NCBI GenBank assembly: GCA_036517295.1
Contig: DATDWZ010000014.1
Location: forward strand, 1-52,235
Direction of reading: 5' to 3'
Length of the DNA: 52,235 nucleotides
Origin: Minisyncoccota bacterium
Lineage (GTDB): Bacteria > Patescibacteriota > Minisyncoccia > Phycocordibacterales > DATDWN01
The notes under the pieces were generated by a model that worked only from the letters and a program-made list of their open reading frames with translations, ran no database searches and was not told the origin of the DNA. Positions within the stretch are counted from its first letter, which is position 1. Every line of letters starts with the position of its first letter. Shown here piece by piece: positions 27,533 through 33,822 of the stretch. Both the position numbers and the translations under genes were made by a program.

Positions 27533-27567
27533 TATCCGGCACCAACGCAAAGCGTTAGTGCCGGATA
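27533..27567 (-). promoter_or_regulatory. 16-bp GC-rich hairpin downstream of the VR/target stop (terminator and/or DGR homing-associated stem-loop)
   Basis: tatccggcaccaacgc-aaa-gcgttagtgccggata. The single non-Watson-Crick position is G.U only in the minus-strand transcript. Confidence 0.7.
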
Positions 27568-27601
27568 CAAGGGTAAAAATTAAAAAGGTTAGAGGGAAAA
27601 A

Positions 27602-28354
27602 CTACGCTGCTTGGCGAAGACCGAACGTCGGGTGCGCATCGTCGACGGGACACGCGAACACGCAGACCCACGAGGGGCGCGGGAGCCAGCACACGCAGGG
27701 GACGCGGCCATCTGCGTAGCGAGAACCTGTGCAGAAGGTCATACCCGTGTTGTCCAGATGCTGTCCGGTCTCCACAAAGTACTTGACCTCAAACACCATC
27801 CTCTCGAGGAGTGTCATGCCGATGCTGCCGGCCATGTCGCTATCTCGCGTAGACTTGCCCAAGAACTCGCCATCTGGCTCGACACCGTCACGAACCCAGA
27901 CGGCGTAACTCATAGTCGATGTCCGGGTGTTGACCGTGACGCTCGCGTCCAAATCCTCCGCGTAGACCCAGACCTGGAACTTACTCCGCATAATTGCCAG
28001 AGTTGCATTCATGGAAAGGCCCATGGGAATGAAGATGAGGCGCCACGAGCCAACTTTCGGCCTCTCGCGCACGACAACTTCCGAGAAGTCCGTGACCATT
28101 TTGAAGTGGTCTTGATAGAACTTCTGCCATTCGGCGCGCACTTCGGCATACGGGTCAGCGGTGATCTCAAACACCTTTTCCAGCGCCTTGCGCAGGACGG
28201 TGTTCTTGTTTCCGAGCAGGTGTTTGACCTCCTCGAACGACAATCTCGCCAGAACACCAGCGATGAAGCCGGCAAGCGAGATGATCATCTCCAGAGTCGG
28301 CAGCCGCTTAGGCGCCTTCTTATCGGTCGAGTTCTGTCCTGGCTTTGTGGCCAT
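27602..28354 (-). CDS. DGR target (variable) protein with a C-terminal CLec-like VR domain
   Basis: 250-aa ORF whose last about 38 codons are the VR. The C-terminus ...WLPRPSWVCVFACPVDDAHPTFGLRQAA resembles the ends of CLec/FGE-type DGR targets. An SD (AAGGAAAGAGGG) lies upstream. Confidence 0.85.
   Translation of the reverse strand: MATKPGQNSTDKKAPKRLPTLEMIISLAGFIAGVLARLSFEEVKHLLGNKNTVLRKALEKVFEITADPYAEVRAEWQKFYQDHFKMVTDFSEVVVRERPKVGSWRLIFIPMGLSMNATLAIMRSKFQVWVYAEDLDASVTVNTRTSTMSYAVWVRDGVEPDGEFLGKSTRDSDMAGSIGMTLLERMVFEVKYFVETGQHLDNTGMTFCTGSRYADGRVPCVCWLPRPSWVCVFACPVDDAHPTFGLRQAA
27612..27726 (-). other. DGR variable repeat (VR)
   Basis: Counterpart of the TR. 13 codons differ from the TR reading frame (for example N>R, Y>C, N>F, T>P). 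Confidence 0.92.
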
Positions 28355-28426
28355 TTTGTCCCTCTTTCCTTTCTTGTGAAAAAACGATTTGGTGACACCA
28401 CGTCACCCTTTCTACTTTCAAACCGT

Positions 28427-28455
28427 ACTATATATTAAATATATGGCTGTGTCAA
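28427..28455 (-). promoter_or_regulatory. Near-consensus sigma70-type promoter for the DGR target gene
   Basis: The minus strand reads TTGACA, a 17-nt spacer, then TATAGT. The palindrome ggtgac-accac-gtcacc (28391-28407) lies in the leader. Confidence 0.6.
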
Positions 28456-28502
28456 TACATTTTCGTAAATACCCTTATTATAAGCCACTTTCGGCTTCAA
28501 AC

Positions 28503-29381
28503 CTAAAGCTTTTGCTCGGCTGAAATAAACTCTTCCAGTTCACCGTTTAATACAGCGTCTATGTTAGAGGTCTCTACGTTCGTTCTGTGGTCCTTGACCA
28601 TCTTGTACGGATGCATAACATAAGAGCGGATTTGGTTCCCCCATTCGATCTGGGTGGTTTTGGATATATACATCCCCTTTTCTTTAGAAATTCGTGCTTC
28701 TTCCATAGCCTTGTAAAGTTTTCCGTGCAAAATCTGCATGGCTTTTTCTTTATTTTGGCCTTGAGACCGTTCGTTGTCACTCTGCGCCGAAAGATTTGTT
28801 GGGATATGGACAACACGAACAGCGGTTTCTCTCTTGTTTACGTTTTGACCACCAGGACCTGAGGAGCGAGAGAGTTCGACACGGATCTCACTCTCTGGAA
28901 TCTCAAAGTCTTTTACTTTTTCGAATTTCGGAATAACCTCAACCATTGAAAATGATGTATGGCGCAGAGATTTGGCATTGAAAGGCGAGATGCGAACGAG
29001 ACGGTGTACGCCAGACTCGTTTTTCAGAGTTCCGTACGCGTTCTTTCCGGATATCTCGATAGTTATATTTCTGTAACCACCGTGATCATTTTCGTTCTGA
29101 TGTAGAACTGTCACACCAAAACCGGTCTTGGAACAAAATTTTAGATACATATTGAGAAGAATAGCAGAAAAATCTTCGGAGTCGTCACCCCCTGCTCCGG
29201 AAAATATGGTCATGACAACATCTCCTGGGTCGTATCTGCCAACTCCGACGATTTCAGCCTTTAACTCTTGTATTCGGCGCAAAGTGGCTTGAGCCTTGTC
29301 TTTGTTAGACCAAAAAGTCGTCAATTGCATCTCGGCTTCAAGCATTTCAAGTTCTTTTTGTAACTTTTCTTTATTATCCAT
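28503..29381 (-). CDS. prfB: Peptide chain release factor 2 (short, single-frame form)
   Basis: SPF tripeptide (ISPFNAK) and GGQ (SGPGGQNVNK). The ORF is uninterrupted and I saw no frameshift site. Confidence 0.9.
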   Translation of the reverse strand: MDNKEKLQKELEMLEAEMQLTTFWSNKDKAQATLRRIQELKAEIVGVGRYDPGDVVMTIFSGAGGDDSEDFSAILLNMYLKFCSKTGFGVTVLHQNENDHGGYRNITIEISGKNAYGTLKNESGVHRLVRISPFNAKSLRHTSFSMVEVIPKFEKVKDFEIPESEIRVELSRSSGPGGQNVNKRETAVRVVHIPTNLSAQSDNERSQGQNKEKAMQILHGKLYKAMEEARISKEKGMYISKTTQIEWGNQIRSYVMHPYKMVKDHRTNVETSNIDAVLNGELEEFISAEQKL

Positions 29382-29507
29382 CCCGTTAGAGATAGGAAAT
29401 CCCTCTACTGAGGCATTTCCGTACCAGCCTATCTGTTTGTAAGGATATTTCGACCATAATCATTGTGGACATATCGTAAGTGAATCAACTGAATGATCTC
29501 TAACGGG
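29382..29507 (-). mobile_element. Start-codon-abutting TIR element (MITE-like), copy B
   Basis: Perfect 12-bp TIR cccgttagagat / atctctaacggg, flanked by the perfect 6-bp direct repeat atccat (29376-29381 and 29508-29513). Confidence 0.75.
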
Positions 29508-29514
29508 ATCCATG

Positions 29515-29585
29515 AGCCAAAAGCGGGAATCGGACCCACGTTCCTACTTTACGAAAGTAGTGTTCTGCCACTGAACTATTTTGGC
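29515..29585 (-). tRNA. tRNA-Thr(CGU), no encoded CCA
   Basis: Acceptor GCCAAAA/TTTTGGC, anticodon stem CTACT/AGTAG, loop TTCGTAA. Confidence 0.85.
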
Positions 29586-29592
29586 ATTATCC

Positions 29593-29853
29593 TCATAAAG
29601 AACGGAGAAACTTTACCACAGAATCATCTCCAGGAAAATCAACGGCAGGAACAACTTTACTACTACCAATAAGTATGTTATACAACCTATAATTATGACA
29701 ATCCGGGTACTTTAATTTTAATTCTTCTTGTTTATTTTCTATGGCCTTAACTGCCGCATAAAAAACATCGCCCGGTCTGCTATATGCCGCCACGATAAAC
29801 TGGCGACCCTCATCTACAATAGCATCTTCTGAACCGTTATTTTCAAAACTCAT
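29593..29853 (-). CDS. Hypothetical 86-aa protein
   Basis: ORF between the two tRNA-Thr genes. I recognise no motif. Confidence 0.4.
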   Translation of the reverse strand: MSFENNGSEDAIVDEGRQFIVAAYSRPGDVFYAAVKAIENKQEELKLKYPDCHNYRLYNILIGSSKVVPAVDFPGDDSVVKFLRSL

Positions 29854-29883
29854 ATGATTATTGTACTAGAAAACTAACAAAAA

Positions 29884-29960
29884 CTGGAGCCGGTGGCCAG
29901 ACTTGCACTGGCGGCCTCGTCATTACCAATGACGTGCTCTAACTGCCCGAGCTACACCGG
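29884..29960 (-). tRNA. tRNA-Thr(GGU), CCA encoded
   Basis: Acceptor GCCGGTG/CACCGGC, anticodon stem CGTCA/TGACG, loop TTGGTAA, T-stem GCCAG/CTGGC. Confidence 0.85.
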
Positions 29961-29989
29961 CGGTTTATAAACATTACTTTTCAATGTTA

Positions 29990-30583
29990 TTACATATCTT
30001 CTATGTTAGCAATTTGTGAACAAATCAAATTTCTCAGTTTCACGTTATTAAAATGGACCAGAACCACGCCATAATTCATCTTATTAGCATATGTTCCATC
30101 TCCCCTTCTCTTAAGTATTGTCGTCTTAGAGAATTGAGCACTTTTTACCGATAAATACTTGGTCCAGAATAAAATAAGTTCATCGACATCAAGATCGTCG
30201 TATGTTTGCAACTGAAATTTTAATTTCCTTTTATCTATTTTGTAAATCTTGGTAAGAAAATATAGAAATCTTTTAATTAAAGCAGGGTCACTGTTACATA
30301 ATCTAACTGCATGGAGATTTCTCTTTGTACCTTCACCCCAAAACAAACCTAACCCTAAGCCGAAAAGAAACATATCACCAAGTTTTTTCGGGGTATTAAA
30401 GGAAAAGGGGTCACCTTTTGGATTGTTCCTTTGATACGTGGCCTCGGATATTGTTCTTTTTTTAATATCAAACTTTTCTAGCCAGTAATTCACTTTATGT
30501 TCTGAACATTTATATATTCGACCAATCTGTTTTGAAGACAACTTCTTACTTAGATATAATTTTTCTAGTTTTGTTTTTTCCAT
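29990..30583 (-). CDS. HTH plus single-motif LAGLIDADG-like endonuclease homolog
   Basis: N-terminal HTH (LSSKQIGRIYKCSEHKVNYWL) and a LFGLGLGLFWGEGTK LAGLIDADG-like motif. The ORF ends 29 nt before tRNA-Thr(GGU). Confidence 0.55.
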   Translation of the reverse strand: MEKTKLEKLYLSKKLSSKQIGRIYKCSEHKVNYWLEKFDIKKRTISEATYQRNNPKGDPFSFNTPKKLGDMFLFGLGLGLFWGEGTKRNLHAVRLCNSDPALIKRFLYFLTKIYKIDKRKLKFQLQTYDDLDVDELILFWTKYLSVKSAQFSKTTILKRRGDGTYANKMNYGVVLVHFNNVKLRNLICSQIANIEDM

Positions 30584-30643
30584 TCTTGGCAGAGTACTTC
30601 ATGATAACACATACATTCTACTAAATAACGCTCGATCAATCAA

Positions 30644-31117
30644 CTACTTTAATTTCTTCAAATCTTCCAGTATTTCCTCGGCATGTGTTTCCGGTTTCAC
30701 ATTTTCATATATCTTTGCGATCTTGCCTTTTGGGTCGATAAGAAATGACTTACGGAACGTTCCCATGTATTCCCTACCCATGAATTTCTTTTTACCCCAA
30801 ACGCCATACTTCGTCACGACCTTTTTATCCAGATCGGCAAGAAGCTTAAACGGCAGGTCGTATTTTTCGACAAACTTTTTGTGACTTTTTGAGTCTTGGA
30901 TGCTTATACCGAAAACCTGCAATTTGAGTTTCTTAAAATCCGGCATCATGTCACGAATAGCACAAGCCTCCTTTGTACATCCCGGAGTATCGTCCTTTGG
31001 GTAGAAGTAGATGAGCACCCACTGTCCCCTGTAGTCGGACAGCTTATGACTTTTCCCGTCCTGATCCGAAAGAGTGAAATCCGGAGCGATGATATTGGTT
31101 TTGAGTTTCATGGTCAC
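30644..31117 (-). CDS. bcp: Thiol peroxidase Bcp (peroxiredoxin)
   Basis: FYPKDDTPGCTKEAC active-site motif. Confidence 0.9.
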   Translation of the reverse strand: MTMKLKTNIIAPDFTLSDQDGKSHKLSDYRGQWVLIYFYPKDDTPGCTKEACAIRDMMPDFKKLKLQVFGISIQDSKSHKKFVEKYDLPFKLLADLDKKVVTKYGVWGKKKFMGREYMGTFRKSFLIDPKGKIAKIYENVKPETHAEEILEDLKKLK

Positions 31118-31158
31118 AGTATAACATCATGCGTGACCCAGTAGATGATGTTATACTT

Positions 31159-31695
31159 CTATTTCTTATAAAAACTTATTTCTGGAGCTGTTATTTGGAT
31201 GAGAGCATTCCTCAGAGCTTCCTCCAAACTGACTTCTCTCAATAGGGTGCCTCCAGAATATGTGCCCCAAGTATCGTTCGGAAGTTTCCCGTATTCTTTT
31301 TCAATAATACTCATGACATCAGAATGTTCCATTTTTAACTCGTCCATCTTTTTGAGAATAAAATCGGGCACTTTCAATCCACTTGAATAGCCATTATATT
31401 CTTTGATTTCGTCGGTTATGACAACAACCCATGCTTCTTCATAAATGTGTCCGTATCTTTCAATAAGACCGCTTTCAAGTCCAATATAATAATTTCCATC
31501 CTTAATATTTGATTTACTATCAACGGCGCGGTTTCTTGCTCCATCAAAAGTCTGCTTGTCCCATGGAGTCTCTGGCATCTGTGATTTTGCTCCGTAGCCT
31601 TCTATTGAAATGTCTTTATTAGCAAAAAACTGTCTTATAACTTTTTCCGCAATTTTTATTTTTCTATCGCTTGCCGAGCCAATTACAAATTTCAT
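31159..31695 (-). CDS. YjjX/DUF84 non-canonical purine NTP phosphatase (ITPase/XTPase)
   Basis: SQMPETPWDKQTFDGARNRA and IGLESGL match the YjjX core. I take ATG 31695 as the start because the upstream codons lie in repeat Y1. Confidence 0.78.
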   Translation of the reverse strand: MKFVIGSASDRKIKIAEKVIRQFFANKDISIEGYGAKSQMPETPWDKQTFDGARNRAVDSKSNIKDGNYYIGLESGLIERYGHIYEEAWVVVITDEIKEYNGYSSGLKVPDFILKKMDELKMEHSDVMSIIEKEYGKLPNDTWGTYSGGTLLREVSLEEALRNALIQITAPEISFYKK

Positions 31696-31783
31696 ACCAA
31701 AATAATACCACAGTCCAAATCCACTACACGCGTGGACGAAGCACCAAAGCAAGCATGATGCTCGGCATGCTTTTTGTGGCTTA
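31696..31783 (-). promoter_or_regulatory. Conserved leader motif Y, copy 1 (abuts the yjjX-like ATG)
   Basis: About 85 nt, roughly 85 percent identical to 32813-32898. It contains conserved hairpins. Confidence 0.7.
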
Positions 31784-31794
31784 TTTATTGAGTA

Positions 31795-32059
31795 AAAACG
31801 ATGCGCGGTCGACCGGAAGGGGTCTTGAGGGTCAAGTTTCTAAACTCGCTACGCTCGTTAAGAACTTCCTCCTTACAGGAGCAGTACCCCTTTCGCATTT
31901 TGTTTACAAAACGCTCAAGGTTTTACGAGGCTCCGCTTCTCACCCCGAGCTCGCCTGTCGCAACGCGACATGGCTCCGCTTGTTCAAGTCCGGACAAAAC
32001 TGAAGCAGTTCAGTTTTTTCGGCCACGCAAAAAGTCCCAACAGGGACTTTTCTTGCGCG
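31795..32059. repeat. GC-rich noncoding module X, copy 1 (with a roughly 70-nt internal insertion)
   Basis: Collinear with 33627-33822. It starts with a 16-nt copy of the tRNA-Asp 3' end (31802-31817) and ends in two hairpins and cttgcgcg. Confidence 0.8.
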
Positions 32060-32140
32060 ACTTACTGGACGACATCAGAACCAGATTTGAGAGAATAAAT
32101 GATACTACAATCTATATCCCAGACTTTTCAATCGAGAGGT

Positions 32141-32812
32141 CTACGATTTTATTATAAGCGGATTGAAGTCTGTATCTGTATCATAATAATCCTCATCTTC
32201 TGATTTTTTGAGTTTAGTTACTACAAAATAAGTTGCTGGAGTAAATACAACCTCAACAAGTGTTTTCAAAAACCAACCCGAAAGGATTGAGCTTATAAGT
32301 AAATTATTTGGTAATACAGAATAAAGTGCAATTGTATAAAATAGAACAGTATTTGCTCCTTCACCAATAATAGTTGAGGTAATTGTTCTGAGCCAAAGGT
32401 GTTTACCTTTTGTCCAAATTTTCATTTTAGCTAAGACATAATCATTAAGTATTCCTCCAATCCACACAGCTATCCATCCACCAAGAAGAATTCGCGGAAC
32501 TGAACCAAGAACACGAGTAAAGGCTTCACTGGCATCAAAACCAATAGCAGGAGGTAACCAAACTACTAATTGGTAAATCAATCCCGCTATAACTGAAGCA
32601 AGCAGGGCTTGCCAAACAACACTTCTAGCCTTCGAGTAACCATAAACCTCTGTAAGAATATCAGAAAAAATATAAGTTATTGGAAAATAGAGAACTGTCG
32701 CAGAAACTGTAAAAACACCTAGTTGAACAATTTTTCCAGCAGTTACATCAGAAATAAGTTGAAATGCAATATAGAGAGTAGTTATAAGACCAAGATATTT
32801 ATAAGTCTTCAT
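32141..32812 (-). CDS. yhhQ: Queuosine-precursor transporter YhhQ (VUT/DUF165 family)
   Basis: ISDVTAGKIV ... YFPITYIFSDILTEVYGY is the characteristic family signature. Confidence 0.85.
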   Translation of the reverse strand: MKTYKYLGLITTLYIAFQLISDVTAGKIVQLGVFTVSATVLYFPITYIFSDILTEVYGYSKARSVVWQALLASVIAGLIYQLVVWLPPAIGFDASEAFTRVLGSVPRILLGGWIAVWIGGILNDYVLAKMKIWTKGKHLWLRTITSTIIGEGANTVLFYTIALYSVLPNNLLISSILSGWFLKTLVEVVFTPATYFVVTKLKKSEDEDYYDTDTDFNPLIIKS

Positions 32813-32898
32813 GACAAAATACTACCACAGTTCAAGTCCGCTACACCGTGAACCAAGCACCAAAGCAAGCATGGTGCTCGGCATGCTTTTCGTGGCTT
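32813..32898 (-). promoter_or_regulatory. Conserved leader motif Y, copy 2 (abuts the yhhQ ATG)
   Basis: See copy 1. The stem GTTCA/TGAAC here corresponds to GTCCA/TGGAC in copy 1. Confidence 0.7.
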
Positions 32899-32913
32899 AA
32901 AATATAGCTGGAT

Positions 32914-32941
32914 TTGTATAGTAACATGTGTTACTATACAA
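32914..32941. promoter_or_regulatory. Perfect 13+13 bp palindrome, probable TA operator
   Basis: ttgtatagtaaca-tg-tgttactatacaa, ending 2 nt before the antitoxin ATG. Confidence 0.65.
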
Positions 32942-32943
32942 AT

Positions 32944-33198
32944 ATGAATAAAAAGATGTATTCCACTCAAGAAGTGGCCAATATACTTAAACTGAGTCGT
33001 GTTGAGATATTTAGAAAAATAAAGAATGGAAAATTAAAAGCCGAGAAAGTTGGTAGAAATTATGTTATTGCTCAGGATGACCTCTTAGAAGCGCTAGGTA
33101 AAATTGTAGGCGCCTCAAAAAAGCTTAGAATTGAAAGTGCTGTTAAGAGAGCAATGAAAGAGTATGGTAAAACTTTTAAAAAACTTTCTGAAGAATGA
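32944..33198 (+). CDS. Excisionase/MerR-type HTH protein, probable antitoxin for Doc
   Basis: YSTQEVANILKLSRVEIFRKIKNGKL HTH; overlaps doc by 4 nt (ATGA). Confidence 0.6.
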   Translation: MNKKMYSTQEVANILKLSRVEIFRKIKNGKLKAEKVGRNYVIAQDDLLEALGKIVGASKKLRIESAVKRAMKEYGKTFKKLSEE

Positions 33199-33626
33199 GA
33201 GCTAAAATTATCACCATAGCTGAAGTAGAACTTACTGCCTTTGCTCTTGCAAAGGAACTTATGACATGGAATGAGCCTATTCCAGACTTTGGAACACGTT
33301 TTCCAAATGTATTAGAGAGTTGTCTTGGTATGCCTTTTGTTAAGTTTTATAGAAAAGATATGTACAGAGGGCTTGTCGGTAAGTCCAGTGTTTTATTTTA
33401 TTTAATGATTAAGAATCATCCATTTCAAAACGGAAATAAGAGAATTGCAGTTATGACTTTACTGGTATTTTTAGCTAATAACAATAAATGGCTAAAAATG
33501 ACACAGAATGACCTTTATAATTTTGCTGTTGGAATAGCGAAAAGCAGACCGACCTCACGAGAAAAAGTACTGCGAAATATCTTTAATACAATCGAAAAAT
33601 ACCTTATAAACTTCAGTCAGACTTGA
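33195..33626 (+). CDS. doc: Doc (death-on-curing) Fic-fold toxin
   Basis: HPFQNGNKRIAV Fic/Doc motif. Confidence 0.85.
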   Translation: MRAKIITIAEVELTAFALAKELMTWNEPIPDFGTRFPNVLESCLGMPFVKFYRKDMYRGLVGKSSVLFYLMIKNHPFQNGNKRIAVMTLLVFLANNNKWLKMTQNDLYNFAVGIAKSRPTSREKVLRNIFNTIEKYLINFSQT

Positions 33627-33822
33627 AAACCGATGCGCGGTCGACCGGAAAGGGGTCTTGAGGGTCAAGTTTCTAAACTCGCTTCGCTCGTTAAGAACTT
33701 CCTCGCCGAGCTCGCCTGTCGCAAAGCGACATGGCTCCGCTTGTTCAAGTCCGGACAAAACTGAAGCAGTTCAGTTTTTTCGGCCACGCAAAAAGTCCCA
33801 ACAGGGACTTTTCTTGCGCGGT
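33627..33822. repeat. GC-rich noncoding module X, copy 2
   Basis: It is bounded by the 16-mer tgcgcggtcgaccgga at 33634-33649 and again at 33815-33830 (the second is the real tRNA-Asp 3' end). It contains hairpins aaaactgaa-gcag-ttcagtttt and aaaagtccc-aaca-gggactttt. Confidence 0.8.

Noticed and set aside
27611-28438. 275-aa plus-strand ORF covering the DGR target region
   Set aside because: It is exactly antisense to the target gene. It is Arg/Ala/His-rich low-complexity sequence of the kind produced by GC-rich antisense frames. It has no SD or recognisable domain, and the VR logic requires the minus-strand frame.
31801-32157. 118-aa and 72-aa plus-strand ORFs (31801-32157 and 33658-33876) across modules X1 and X2
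   Set aside because: The two copies differ by an insertion that would change the protein. The sequences are Arg/Ser/Pro-rich and run through terminator hairpins and into the tRNA gene. They are open only because of local GC richness.
33627-33822. Module X as tmRNA, SRP RNA, RNase P or a degenerate tRNA gene
   Set aside because: The T-loop-like ttcaagtcc has no complementary T-stem. There is no tmRNA 5' GGGG...acceptor pairing or tag frame. The gtccgga...gaagcag resemblance to SRP helix 8 is explained by an ordinary terminator hairpin. There is no RNase P GAGGAAAGUCC core.
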